Assembly: GCA_043827405.1 (NCBI GenBank)
Contig: JBDRPD010000063.1
Coordinates: forward strand, 1-64,000
Length of the DNA stretch: 64,000 nt
DNA from: Elusimicrobiota bacterium
GTDB taxonomy: Bacteria; Elusimicrobiota; Elusimicrobia; UBA1565
Direction of reading: 5' to 3'
Positions within the stretch are counted from its first letter, which is position 1, and every line of letters starts with the position of its first letter. Made by a program: the position numbers and the translations under genes. Positions 18,256-28,115 of this stretch are shown here, piece after piece. The notes beneath the pieces are model-generated. The model made no database searches, was not told where the DNA came from, and saw only the letters and a program-made list of their open reading frames with translations.

Positions 18256-20639
18256 TCCGTCTGCTCGCCGCCCTCGGCTTTCGCCTGTTGTGCGACCAGC
18301 TTTCTCTCCTGCTCTAAAACTTCCGCCTCGGCGCGGATGATCGCGGAGTTGTCTTTGGAGAGCGGCTTAAGATTGCGGCACTTGGGGAATCCCGAGCAGG
18401 CCAGAAAGTGCCCGCGCTTGCCCAGCCGCATCCACATCGGGCTCTGGCACTTATTGCACAGGCGGGGGGTGATCAGCGGCCGGGAGCCCTCGACCTTATT
18501 GCCGTTCTCGTCGAGAGAGTAGGTGTTTTTACAGGCCGGATAGCCCGAGCAGGCGAGAAACCGCCCCTTGCGGCCGGTGCGGATGACCATCGGCTTCCCG
18601 CAGATTTCGCAGACGTGATCGGTCTTCTCGGGGACGATCTTCTGGCCCTCGCTGTCGAGCTGGATTTTGCCCTTGCACTTGGGAAAATCCCCGCACGACA
18701 GATACTTGCCGAAGCGGCTCTCCCGGATGAGCATCTTCTTGCCGCAGGTCGGGCACTCCTCGTCGGTCTCGACCGGGACGAAACGGCAATCCTCCATGGT
18801 CTCGGCCGCGACCTCCAGCGCCTTGGCGAAGGGAGCGTAAAAGCTGTTCACCACGCCCTGCCAGCGCTCCGCGCCTTCGGCGACCTGATCGAGCTGCTGC
18901 TCCACCGTGGCGGTATAGGACAGGCTCATCTGCTCGGTGAAGTGCTTATTGAGCTGCTTGACGACGAGCAGCCCCAGGTCCGTCGGCATCAGGCGCCGGT
19001 CCTTAAGCCCCCGGCGGATATAGCCGCGGTCGATAATCGTCTTGATGGTCGGAGCATAGGTCGACGGACGGCCGATGCCGTGACGCTCCAGCGCGCGGAT
19101 GAGACTGGCCTCGTTGTAGTAGGGCGGCGGGCTGGTATTATGCTCCTCCGGCTTGAGCTCGATGAGCTTGAGCGCATCGCCCTCCTGCAGATCGGGCAAG
19201 CGGCTGTCGGCGTCGTTCTTGGCGTCGTCGCCCTCCTCGTCATCGCTGAGGACCTTCAAAAAGCCGTCAAACTTGAGCGTCCGCCCGGTGGCGTGGAACA
19301 ACGCCTCGCCGCTTTCCAGGTCCACGCTCATGGTATCGAAGACCGCCTCGCACATCTGGCTGGAGAGAAAGCGCTTCCAGATCAGGGTATAGAGCTTGAT
19401 CTGCTCGGCCGTCAGGTACTTGCGCATCTCCTTGGGCGTGCGGTGCACGCTCGTCGGCCGGATAGCCTCATGCGCCTCCTGCGCCCCCTTGACCTTGCTG
19501 GGGTATACCGGCGGACTCTCGGGCACATACTTATCGCCGAAATTCTTTTGCAGATAGCCCCGCGCCTCGCCCTGCGCCACCTTGGCCACGTTGACGGAAT
19601 CGGTACGCATATAGGTAATCAGACCGGTGGGCTCGTCGGAGCCGATATCCACGCCTTCATAAAGGCTCTGCGCGATGCGCATGGTGCGCTCCGCCGCGAA
19701 GCCGTACTTCTGCGAGCCCGCCTGCTGCATGGTGCTGGTAATGAAGGGCGGCTGGGGACGGCGCTTGACTTCCTTGCGCGTCACCTCGATGACCTTAAAC
19801 TCGCCGCCGCGGACCGCGTCGACGATGGCCTGCACGTCCTCGGGCTTGCGCAGCGAAGTCGATTTTACCCGGTATTCTTCGGCGAAGAGCTGGAAGGTCT
19901 GGGTGCTCTCGAGCTTCTCCCCCTTCCACCTGGTCAGCCGGGCGTCGAACTGCGGGGGCTGGCCGCTCTTCTCAAAGGTGCCGAAAAGCGAATGGTACGG
20001 CTGGGAGGCAAAGGCCTTGATCTCGTGCTCGCGCTCCACCATCAACCGCACGGCCACGGACTGGACGCGGCCCGCCGACAGGCCGCGACGAATCTTTTTC
20101 CACAGCAGCGGCGACAGCTTATAGCCCACCAAGCGGTCGATCACGCGGCGCGCCGTCTGCGCGCTGACCAGCCGCATATCGACCTCGCGCGGATTGGCGA
20201 TCGCTTCCTTAATAGCCGTTGGCGTGATCTCGTGGAAAGTGATGCGCTTAAACTTGCTGGCGTCCACCTTCAGGAGCTCCATGAGATGCCAGGCGATCGA
20301 CTCGCCCTCGCGATCATGGTCCGTCGCCAGATAGACATACTCCGCGTCCTTTGCCGCCTTCCTAAGCTCCGGCAGCAGCTTCTTGGTCCGGGTCAGCAAA
20401 GTATAGGTCGGCTCAAATTCCTTATTTTCATCCACGCCGAGCTTTTTCGCCGGCAGGTCGCGCACGTGGCCGTAGGAACTGGCCACCACGAAGCCTTTCT
20501 TGAGATAGCGCGATATCGTCCGCTGCTTGGCGGGAGACTCAACGATGACGAGGCTCTTGCCCGCCGCCGAACCCTTCTTGGCGGAAACCGTTTTAGCGCC
20601 GTCTTTTTTCTTTATTTTCTTTTTCTTAGCTTCGGCCAT
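18252..20639 (-). CDS. topA: DNA topoisomerase I with C-terminal zinc ribbons
   Basis: LVIVESPAK, ATDHDREGE, SAGRVQS, ITYMRTD, three C4 zinc ribbons. Confidence 0.98.
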   Translation of the reverse strand: MAEAKKKKIKKKDGAKTVSAKKGSAAGKSLVIVESPAKQRTISRYLKKGFVVASSYGHVRDLPAKKLGVDENKEFEPTYTLLTRTKKLLPELRKAAKDAEYVYLATDHDREGESIAWHLMELLKVDASKFKRITFHEITPTAIKEAIANPREVDMRLVSAQTARRVIDRLVGYKLSPLLWKKIRRGLSAGRVQSVAVRLMVEREHEIKAFASQPYHSLFGTFEKSGQPPQFDARLTRWKGEKLESTQTFQLFAEEYRVKSTSLRKPEDVQAIVDAVRGGEFKVIEVTRKEVKRRPQPPFITSTMQQAGSQKYGFAAERTMRIAQSLYEGVDIGSDEPTGLITYMRTDSVNVAKVAQGEARGYLQKNFGDKYVPESPPVYPSKVKGAQEAHEAIRPTSVHRTPKEMRKYLTAEQIKLYTLIWKRFLSSQMCEAVFDTMSVDLESGEALFHATGRTLKFDGFLKVLSDDEEGDDAKNDADSRLPDLQEGDALKLIELKPEEHNTSPPPYYNEASLIRALERHGIGRPSTYAPTIKTIIDRGYIRRGLKDRRLMPTDLGLLVVKQLNKHFTEQMSLSYTATVEQQLDQVAEGAERWQGVVNSFYAPFAKALEVAAETMEDCRFVPVETDEECPTCGKKMLIRESRFGKYLSCGDFPKCKGKIQLDSEGQKIVPEKTDHVCEICGKPMVIRTGRKGRFLACSGYPACKNTYSLDENGNKVEGSRPLITPRLCNKCQSPMWMRLGKRGHFLACSGFPKCRNLKPLSKDNSAIIRAEAEVLEQERKLVAQQAKAEGGEQTE

Positions 20640-21507
20640 ATCTTTGACCCGGCAGAGCGCTAATGATACCTTGACTTTCGAGATTCGTCAAGGCATGCGC
20701 CATACGGGGCAGCTCCCAACTGGTCCGGAAAAGCAGTTCTTCCAAGCTCATCTCCCCGGAGCCGAGTAATTGTAAGATTTTTTTACCCTCGAGGGTATAA
20801 CATACCGCATTCGGCGGCGGCACGGCCCCGGACCGCACCGGCCGCAGGCCGCTAAAAGCCGGTATTTCGGCAAGGATATCGCCGCTTTCGCGCACCAGGC
20901 AGGCGCCTTGGCGCAGCAGGTGATGCGGCCCCTCGCTCATGGGCGAATCCGCGGGTCCGGGCACTGCGAAGACCTCGCGGCCCTGCTCGATAGCGGCCCG
21001 CGCGGTGATCGCGGTACCCGAGCGTCTCCCCCCCTCTACGACCACGGTCCCCCACGACAAGCCCGACAGAATGCGGTTGCGGCGGGGAAAATTATGCGCC
21101 AGCGGAGGACCTCCCGGCGCGATCTCCCCGAGCAGCGCGCCGCCGGCGGCGACGATCTCATCGGCCAAGGCCTTGTTCTCGGCAGGATAGACGCGGTCCA
21201 GCCCCGAGCCCAGCACCGCCCAGGTCCGGCCGCCCGCCCGCAGGGCGGCGCGATGCGCCTCGGTATCGATGCCGCGGGCCAGCCCGCTGACGATCACGAC
21301 TCCGGCCCGGCTCAGCTCCGACGCCAGGCGGCGCGTGATGCGCCGGCCGTAAGCGGTCGGCCGCCGGGTGCCGACCATGGTCAGCGTCGGCGCGCCGGCA
21401 TCCAGCTCGCCCCGCACATAGAGCGTCTCCGGCGGATCGGGAATGGTTTGCAGCAGCGCGGGATAGCGGGCGCAGTCCCGGCGCAGCTGCCGCATACCCG
21501 AGCTCAA
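20626..21507 (-). CDS. dprA: DNA-processing protein DprA
   Basis: VGTRRPT, VSGLARGIDT, FPRRNRILSGLS, winged-helix C-terminus; lacks the N-terminal SAM domain. Confidence 0.95.
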   Translation of the reverse strand: MSSGMRQLRRDCARYPALLQTIPDPPETLYVRGELDAGAPTLTMVGTRRPTAYGRRITRRLASELSRAGVVIVSGLARGIDTEAHRAALRAGGRTWAVLGSGLDRVYPAENKALADEIVAAGGALLGEIAPGGPPLAHNFPRRNRILSGLSWGTVVVEGGRRSGTAITARAAIEQGREVFAVPGPADSPMSEGPHHLLRQGACLVRESGDILAEIPAFSGLRPVRSGAVPPPNAVCYTLEGKKILQLLGSGEMSLEELLFRTSWELPRMAHALTNLESQGIISALPGQRYGRS

Positions 21508-21971
21508 AGCAGCTCTTCTCCCAGCTCCTTGGGGATATAAGTTGTCTTGGGAGTACGCCGCCAGCTGCGCGCGCGAGGCGCGGCGGCGGGCTTGCCGTTC
21601 TCCGCTCCCGCCGTCCCCGGAGCGTTATCCGCGAAGGGGGCCGCGGGCTTCAACGCCGGCGGCGCGGCGGAAGCTCCGGCCAGCATGCCGCTGATGCGGC
21701 GCAGCAGTCCCGGCTCGCTCCACAGGCGGTGCCACTCCTGCGGTATGCGTCCCGCGGAGACGATCAGGCGCGTCGCGGGGATATCCAGCTCGGCGGCCAT
21801 CTTGAGCAGAACCTCCTCCTCGGCGGGAGGGTTGCGCTTATGCGCCAGGACCTTGGAGAAGTACGAGGGATCGACTCCCACGGAACGGCACAAGCTGCGC
21901 AGGCCGATCCCGCGCTCCTTCATGCGCGCGCGAACCAAATCCGCGAAAGGCAGCTCTTTAACGCCGCTCAT
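21504..21971 (-). CDS. XRE-family helix-turn-helix protein
   Basis: GLRSLCRSVGVDPSYFSKVL...PP...KMAAELDI. Confidence 0.75.
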   Translation of the reverse strand: MSGVKELPFADLVRARMKERGIGLRSLCRSVGVDPSYFSKVLAHKRNPPAEEEVLLKMAAELDIPATRLIVSAGRIPQEWHRLWSEPGLLRRISGMLAGASAAPPALKPAAPFADNAPGTAGAENGKPAAAPRARSWRRTPKTTYIPKELGEELL

Positions 21972-22372
21972 TATTTAAACTTAATAAACTCGTACTTCTT
22001 TTCTACCAGCTGGATTCTGTCGCCCTTGGGAAACTTCTCGATATACTGCTCGTAGACCTCGCGGGCGGGCCCGTACTTCTTTTCTTCGGAGTACATAAGC
22101 CCCTTGAAGTAAAGGGCGTCCGGCGCGTATTGGCAGGTGGGATAATCCTTCAGCAGCTGGTCGAAGGCTTGATGCGACTCGGCGTAGATATCACGATGAT
22201 ACTGCGCCCGGCCGATGTAGTATTCAATCTTGGGAGAAAATGTCGGATGGGGGCGCTTTTCGGAGACCTCCAGTACATTCATCATCGTATAGTTGGCGCG
22301 GATATAGACGATGGAGCCGATAAATATAAAGAAAATTATGAATATTTTTGTGAAGTTTGTTTCGCCTTCCAT
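21971..22372 (-). CDS. Membrane-anchored TPR protein (BamD/YbgF-like)
   Basis: N-terminal TM helix; LLKDYP...APDALY...YIEKFP TPR pattern. Confidence 0.7.
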   Translation of the reverse strand: MEGETNFTKIFIIFFIFIGSIVYIRANYTMMNVLEVSEKRPHPTFSPKIEYYIGRAQYHRDIYAESHQAFDQLLKDYPTCQYAPDALYFKGLMYSEEKKYGPAREVYEQYIEKFPKGDRIQLVEKKYEFIKFK

Positions 22373-22383
22373 ATAGGTTGTCC

Positions 22384-23328
22384 TCAGCGCTCCAGTTTGA
22401 GAACATCATTAAGCTGGACGCTGCCCCCCGATTTAAGAATCAGCGCTTGGTACTTCCCGGAATCCAACCGCTTGATAATTTCGATGAGCCCCACCTTCTG
22501 ATAATACTTGCCCCGCTTGTTCACGTCGGATTCGCTGGCGGCGGCACGGCGGTAAACCGTGTAGCGCTGGCGCTTGCTGACCGCATGCTTCGCCGTAATG
22601 CTCACCGCGACGGCATCTCCCGCGGCGACCATGGCCTCGCGGCCGCGGAACTCGATCACCTTGCCGTCCGGCGTCCAGTCATCTTCCATCATCATCCGGT
22701 ACATCGCCGGCTGCTGACCGGCCATGCCCGCGGGGAGCTCAACGGACAGGTCGTCGGGCAGAGCGATACCCTCGGCCGATTTATCGGCGTCGTAATTAAC
22801 CGGCTCCTCCTCCGGTTCGGGCGCGGGCGCCGGCTGCGGAGCCGGCTCCGACCGCGGCAGTTCCTTAACGACCGTAACCATCTTGTCGAGCCCGGGGATA
22901 ATGAAGGTCTGTCCGGGGTAGATCCAGTGCGGGTCTTTAATGCGGTGCTTGTTGGCCTCATAGATGAGGGGCCACTTGAACGGATCCTCGTAATAGTACT
23001 TGGCCATCTCCCATAAAGTATTGGCCGCCGTCACGCCGTGGCGCTTGCGGACCTTGATGGTCTCCTTCACCGCGCCGTCGTCCCCGCTGGTCACCGCCGC
23101 CTCGTCGCCGCGCCCTTCGGCGTCCGCGACCGACAGCTCAGCCGCCCGGTCAAGGGCGGTCCGCTGGGCGGCGGTCATCGCCTGCTGCAGTATCGCAAGG
23201 TCTTTTGCGGAAGGGGAGAGCACGTCCTCGGGATGAGAAAGGACCTCCTCGGAACTGGCGGGCATGCCGTCCTGCGCCCCGGCCTGCACCGCGGCGAGCA
23301 TAAACCCTACGGCCATAATTCTCAGCAT
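22384..23328 (-). CDS. LysM peptidoglycan-binding protein, TsaP-like
   Basis: Signal peptide, LysM TLWEMAKYYY.DPFKWPLIYEAN..IKDPHWIYPGQ, beta-rich C-terminus; near dprA. Confidence 0.75.
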   Translation of the reverse strand: MLRIMAVGFMLAAVQAGAQDGMPASSEEVLSHPEDVLSPSAKDLAILQQAMTAAQRTALDRAAELSVADAEGRGDEAAVTSGDDGAVKETIKVRKRHGVTAANTLWEMAKYYYEDPFKWPLIYEANKHRIKDPHWIYPGQTFIIPGLDKMVTVVKELPRSEPAPQPAPAPEPEEEPVNYDADKSAEGIALPDDLSVELPAGMAGQQPAMYRMMMEDDWTPDGKVIEFRGREAMVAAGDAVAVSITAKHAVSKRQRYTVYRRAAASESDVNKRGKYYQKVGLIEIIKRLDSGKYQALILKSGGSVQLNDVLKLER

Positions 23329-23355
23329 CGATCCTCCCTCAAACGCCCTGCTACA

Positions 23356-24876
23356 TTATATGCGCCGCAGCTTATACTGCAGCGCTTCCGACACATGCGT
23401 CTCGCGCACCTCATCGCTGCAGTCCATGTCCGCGATTGTCCGCGACACCCGCAGCAGGCGGTCCAGCGCCCGCGGCGAGAAAAGGCATTGACCCGCAGCC
23501 CATTCTACGAAGTCCCACGTCTTCTTGTCCAAGCGGCAAAGCGCTTTCAGCGCCCCGGCCGGCACCGCCGCGTTGCCCCGCACGGCTCCGCGCGCCGCCG
23601 CCCGCCGCCGCGCGGCCCGCACGCGCAGCGCCACCTCGGCGCTGGTCTCGGGCCGAACCCCGTCCCGCCCGGACCATTGCGCGAATGGCAGCGGCGCCAT
23701 TTCCACCTGCAAATCGATGCGGTCCAGCAGCGGCCCCGAGACCCGCGTCCGGTAGCGCTCGGCCGCGTGGTCCGAGCAGGCGCAGCCGCGCTGCGGGCTT
23801 CCCCGGTACCCGCAGGGACAAGGGTTCATCGCCGCGACCCAGATAAAATCCGCCGGATAGATCACCGTATTGCTGACGCGCGCCACCGTCACCGCACGCT
23901 CTTCCAGCGGCTGGCGCAGGGCCTCCAGCGAAGCCCGCGGGAACTCCGGCAGCTCGTCCATAAACAGCACCCCGCCATGCGCCAGCGAGAACTCCCCCGG
24001 ACGGCACAGCGCGCCGCCGCCGACCAGCGCCGCGGCGGACGCGGTGGCATGCGGCGACCTGAACGGCCGGCGGGAAACGAGCCCCGCGCCCGCCGCCAGG
24101 CGCCCGGCGGCGGAAAACAGCTTGGTCGAGGCCGCCGCATCCTCCGCCGCCAGCGGCGGCAGAATGCCGGGCAGGCAGCGCGCCAGCATGGACTTCCCCG
24201 TTCCCGGCGGTCCCACCATCAGCAGATGGTGGCCGCCTGCGGCGGATATTTCGAGCGCCCGCCGCGCCAGCAGCTGGCCCCGCACTTCGGCCAAATCCCC
24301 CTCGCGCTCGAGCGCCGGGCCGGCGCCGTTCCCGCTGCGCCCTGCCCGCCGCGGCAGCGCCTCGCCGCGCAGCCAGCCGGCGACCTCCCGCAGGCTGTCG
24401 ACGCCGACCGCCGTCAGTCCCGCCGCCGCGGCCTCGGCCCTATTGGCCACCGGCACGACCACGGTCCGCAGACCGGCCTCGCGGGCGGCGGCGGCCATCG
24501 CCAGAACTCCGGACACCGGCCGCACCGCGCCGTCGAGCGCCAACTCGCCTAAAAAGCAGCATTCCGCGGACCAAGGGCCGGCGGCCAGCTGACCGGAAGC
24601 CAGCAGGATACCCAGGCTGATCGGGAGATCGAAGTGCGTCCCCGCCTTGCGGCGTTCGGCGGGCGCGAGATTAACCGTGATCCGCCGCCGCGGAAAATCG
24701 AAGCCGGAGTTCCGCACCGCCGAAACGACGCGATCCCGCGCTTCACGCACGGAGCTGTCGGGAAGGCCGACCGTCTGAAAGCACGGCAAGCCGTTGGCGA
24801 GGTCGAGCTCGACCCCCACGGGGAAGCCGTCGATGCCGCGCACGGCGGCTGAGCGGATGCATGAGAGCATGCCCAT
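23356..24876 (-). CDS. comM: ComM/YifB Mg-chelatase-like AAA+ ATPase
   Basis: VGLPD..VREARDRV, ITVNLAPA, GPPGTGKSMLA, PFRSPH, AMNPCPCG, SGPLLDRID. Confidence 0.92.
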   Translation of the reverse strand: MGMLSCIRSAAVRGIDGFPVGVELDLANGLPCFQTVGLPDSSVREARDRVVSAVRNSGFDFPRRRITVNLAPAERRKAGTHFDLPISLGILLASGQLAAGPWSAECCFLGELALDGAVRPVSGVLAMAAAAREAGLRTVVVPVANRAEAAAAGLTAVGVDSLREVAGWLRGEALPRRAGRSGNGAGPALEREGDLAEVRGQLLARRALEISAAGGHHLLMVGPPGTGKSMLARCLPGILPPLAAEDAAASTKLFSAAGRLAAGAGLVSRRPFRSPHATASAAALVGGGALCRPGEFSLAHGGVLFMDELPEFPRASLEALRQPLEERAVTVARVSNTVIYPADFIWVAAMNPCPCGYRGSPQRGCACSDHAAERYRTRVSGPLLDRIDLQVEMAPLPFAQWSGRDGVRPETSAEVALRVRAARRRAAARGAVRGNAAVPAGALKALCRLDKKTWDFVEWAAGQCLFSPRALDRLLRVSRTIADMDCSDEVRETHVSEALQYKLRRI

Positions 24877-24906
24877 CTATACGACTATGGGGGCCGCTGG
24901 GTTCCC

Positions 24907-25042
24907 AGTCTGCCTATGGGGAATGCGTTATCGCTGTTCTTGGTTTATCCAGGCAGCTGGTCCCGCCGTAAGGCGGGGCAAGTCTGCCTATGGGGAATGC
25001 GTTATCGCTGTTCTTGGTTTATCCAGGCAGCTGGTCCCGCCG
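24907..25042. repeat. Perfect 62-bp direct repeat, two copies (24907-24968 and 24981-25042)
   Basis: AGTCTGCCTATGGGGAATGCGTTATCGCTGTTCTTGGTTTATCCAGGCAGCTGGTCCCGCCG twice, 12-nt spacer. Confidence 0.95.
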
Positions 25043-25046
25043 GACC

Positions 25047-25997
25047 TTAATCCGCCATCCGGCAGATATCGTTCTTGCTCGCGCCCTCGGCGGAGCCCGA
25101 CAGAACGGCGATCGCGCCCTCGCCCGAATCGCCCAGCGGGCCGACGACCTCGGCACGGCCGAGCGGCACTTCCTCATAGCCCAGCACCAAACCGGTGGTC
25201 GGATCCATGATCTCGCCACCGAGGTGGAAGCAGTCGAGCTTAAGGCCTTTCTCGACGCCCATAGTGATTCCGGCGTTGAGGTAAAGGTTCTTGCCGCGGA
25301 CCGCGGCGATGCGGCAGGACCAGGGCTTTTTGTTGACCTGGCTGGTAATATTGTCGGTGAACTGGACGATGGCCGCGCGCAGCGCCTTGCCTTCAAGCGT
25401 CTCGTCGTAGCCGCTGCGCCCGCCTAGCCCCAGCACGGCGCGCTTGGAGGCCTTGGCCCGTCCGGAGCCGGAATCGGCGTAGATCACCTGCCCGGTCTCG
25501 ACATCGACCACGCGGATGTCCACCACCACTTCGGCGATCTGCTTTTTCGAGCTCACGAGCAGATAGTCGCTCCCTTCCTTCTTGACGCCCGACTCGGATA
25601 TCGAGCCGGTTACTATAGCGCTCAGGCCCAGAATCCGGCCGATCTTGACCGCGGTGCGCGAATCGATGGCGCCGGAGGCCTGCAGCTTCTGCTCATCGAA
25701 GATCTTATTAAGCTTGTCGCGCTCGACCACGACGAACTTGCCGGTCTTGGCCAGCTCGGTGATGAGGACGTCGGACGCCGCGCTTCCGAGCCGCCCCTGC
25801 CCGTAGCCGCTCTTGTTCTCAAAATCCACGACCCCGATGCGCCGCCGCGGGCCGGTATGCTTGGACTTCACCTTCTCCGTCTCGTGAGCGCTCATCACCT
25901 GCTCGCGCTTCACGCTCGTCCGGGGACCGCAGCTTCCCAGCAAAACCGCCGCCGCGGACAGACTCAATACCATCCCGCTGATCTTCAGATTTGTCAC
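25047..25997 (-). CDS. CsgG/HfaB-family lipoprotein
   Basis: GTG start with AGGAGG RBS, lipobox LLGS/C, RIGVVDFEN, FVVVER..L.KI..EQ.L, VDIRVVDVETG. Confidence 0.8.
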   Translation of the reverse strand: MTNLKISGMVLSLSAAAVLLGSCGPRTSVKREQVMSAHETEKVKSKHTGPRRRIGVVDFENKSGYGQGRLGSAASDVLITELAKTGKFVVVERDKLNKIFDEQKLQASGAIDSRTAVKIGRILGLSAIVTGSISESGVKKEGSDYLLVSSKKQIAEVVVDIRVVDVETGQVIYADSGSGRAKASKRAVLGLGGRSGYDETLEGKALRAAIVQFTDNITSQVNKKPWSCRIAAVRGKNLYLNAGITMGVEKGLKLDCFHLGGEIMDPTTGLVLGYEEVPLGRAEVVGPLGDSGEGAIAVLSGSAEGASKNDICRMAD

Positions 25998-25998
25998 G

Positions 25999-26628
25999 TT
26001 AATGCCTCCTAGGATAATTCCGCAGCACCCGGCGAACCGCCCTGTCGGCTTCGTCCTGCAGCGCCGTATGCAGCATGCCCTCAGCCGCCTGCTCGACGAT
26101 GCCTTCAATAAATGAGCGGCCGGCCCGCTCTTTGCTCAAAGCCACCTTGACCCGCGATTCGCTTTCCACATTCTCCCATAGACGGGCGCCGCGCGACGCA
26201 TGTACGAGCTTCAGCCGCAGCCGGACCTCTCTTTTACGAAAGAAGCCCACGTTCTGATAGGTGAATTCTTCCACAATTCCGTACATCAGTCCATCCGTTT
26301 CCAGCGCGGCGCCCAGCTTTTCCGGCGCGTACGCCCCCAGCTGGCCGCCGTCGGTCAGGCCGAGCGCGTGCAGCTTCTCGTCGACCTCCGCGCCCGGCAG
26401 GACGCCGTAGCCCAGCGCCCCAAGACGCTCGCTGACCAGCGCCCGCAGCACATGCTGCGCCTGGAAGCTCATCGATTCATTGTCGAACGGCAGCACCGCG
26501 ACCGTACCGGGCACCGCCGCCGGGAAATCCGGCGCGCTGTAGCGCTCGGGGCTGCCCGCACAGCCGGCCGACAGCAGGGCGAGAACGGCCGCAGCGAAGA
26601 TAAATCTACGGCTCGACACGAACCTCAA
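25999..26628 (-). CDS. DUF799/GNA1162-like lipoprotein
   Basis: Lipobox LSAG/C, TVAVLPFDNES, KLG..L.TDGLMYG; start may be the GTG at 26619. Confidence 0.7.
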   Translation of the reverse strand: MRFVSSRRFIFAAAVLALLSAGCAGSPERYSAPDFPAAVPGTVAVLPFDNESMSFQAQHVLRALVSERLGALGYGVLPGAEVDEKLHALGLTDGGQLGAYAPEKLGAALETDGLMYGIVEEFTYQNVGFFRKREVRLRLKLVHASRGARLWENVESESRVKVALSKERAGRSFIEGIVEQAAEGMLHTALQDEADRAVRRVLRNYPRRH

Positions 26629-27655
26629 CCTGGTACGGCGTGATCGACATCGTCTTAAACTTGTAGCGCTTCATGTCCTGCAGCAGGGCCGCGAGCTGCT
26701 CGCCGGTAAAGCCTTCCGTGGTCACGCGCAGCGCGGTTTTTTCGGCGCCGTAGCTCGCCAGCGCCGCCAGGGCGATATCCGGCTGCGTCCGCAAATCGTT
26801 GAGCAGGCGCTGGACTTCTTCGAGACTCCGCATCCCCAGCACCCGCAGGCTGATATCCACCCGGCGGCTGAGCAGCGCGTGCAGCTCCTCCGCCAGCGCC
26901 TCGGCGGCCAGAAAGCCCGCCGACTCCAGCGCCTTGCCCTCGGCGATCGACGGCGCGGCGTCCAGTCCGGAAGCCTCTTTGGACCCGCCGGCGACCACTT
27001 CGTTGGTTTCCATCTTGAGCGCCTCGAGCGTGATCCGCGCGCGAAAGGAGTGAAAGCCGCCGAGGTTTACGTTCTCGATCTTGAGGGCATGCGCCTCCAC
27101 CTCGCCGCGCACGATGATCTCCGCCTCCTGCTCGCTGTCGACGACGGAGAACCCGCGCTTGATCAGGGCCTTGCGCACCGCCGCCGCCGCCGGCTCGCCG
27201 CCGCCGCCGGCCGCCTGCATCCGAACCATAACCCGGGGGTTGCCGGGAGGGGCGTCCGGCCGGATCAGACCGAGCCGGTCGAGATCCTTCCCCACCTGCT
27301 CGAAGCGGACCAGGGCGCGAATGCGCGTCTTGTGAAAGCCCTCCTCCCGCTTCTCGCCGATCACTTCGTATTTCTTGATATAGCCTTTGACGTCGGCGAG
27401 GATGTTCTGGTTGACCGAAACGGCCTGCGAGACGCGGGTCTTGGCGGAGATATAGACGCCCACCACTTTCTCCACCGCCTTCTTCTGCGCCTCCGCCAAA
27501 GAGCGCTGCTTGGTGCCGAGGAGATCCTGATCATCGATCGGGCTCCAGCCTTCGGCCTCGACCACTTCGCCGTCCTCCGTCGGTCCGACCTTGAGGCGGC
27601 CGCTCGCGCAGCCGGCGAGCAGACCGATGAGTGCCAGGATGACGAATCGGCGCAT
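26606..27655 (-). CDS. Lipoprotein with FlgT-N/LPP20-like domain
   Basis: Lipobox LLAG/C; VEAEG...A.KKAVEKVVGVYISAKT.V...GYIKKYEVI. Confidence 0.7.
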   Translation of the reverse strand: MRRFVILALIGLLAGCASGRLKVGPTEDGEVVEAEGWSPIDDQDLLGTKQRSLAEAQKKAVEKVVGVYISAKTRVSQAVSVNQNILADVKGYIKKYEVIGEKREEGFHKTRIRALVRFEQVGKDLDRLGLIRPDAPPGNPRVMVRMQAAGGGGEPAAAAVRKALIKRGFSVVDSEQEAEIIVRGEVEAHALKIENVNLGGFHSFRARITLEALKMETNEVVAGGSKEASGLDAAPSIAEGKALESAGFLAAEALAEELHALLSRRVDISLRVLGMRSLEEVQRLLNDLRTQPDIALAALASYGAEKTALRVTTEGFTGEQLAALLQDMKRYKFKTMSITPYQVEVRVEP

Positions 27656-27665
27656 AGCGCGCTCC

Positions 27666-28115
27666 TTACTTGAACTTTATGCCTTCGAGCGCGCGCAGCC
27701 GCTTCTTCGGCAGCTCCATGACGACGACCGCGCCGTTGTCCTTGGTAAACCGCGTGCTGATGATCTCGGCGCCCCGGATAACGTTCTTGATGCGGGACTC
27801 CAGCGTCGAGTCCGTCTCAATCGCGCGCGAGACCGTTATGCCGCCCTCGATCTCCACCCCCTTGATCACCGTCAGCATCTCGTACTGGGCGGCGACGATA
27901 GCGGCGTTGCGCGCCGTGGCCTTGCGCTGGGTGTCGGTCGCCAGCGCCGGATCCGAGGCGCCGATGCCGATCGAGCGGATATACTTGCTCGTAACCATAT
28001 TCTGCTCGATCACGTCGACAACCTTGCCCTTCTTCACGTATTTCTTGGCGCACGCCGCGCCGGACGCCGTCAGGGCCAGCGCCGCCGCCCAACATGCGAT
28101 ATATTTCATTTTCAT
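27666..28115 (-). CDS. LPP20-like exported protein/lipoprotein
   Basis: ATGA-coupled start at 28115 with GGAGG RBS, signal peptide, IRSIGIG...ARNAAIV.A...IKGVEI...IRGAEI. Confidence 0.7.
   Translation of the reverse strand: MKMKYIACWAAALALTASGAACAKKYVKKGKVVDVIEQNMVTSKYIRSIGIGASDPALATDTQRKATARNAAIVAAQYEMLTVIKGVEIEGGITVSRAIETDSTLESRIKNVIRGAEIISTRFTKDNGAVVVMELPKKRLRALEGIKFK

Noticed and set aside
24907..25042. Direct repeat as a mini CRISPR array
   Set aside because: Only two 62-bp units with a 12-nt spacer and no cas genes.
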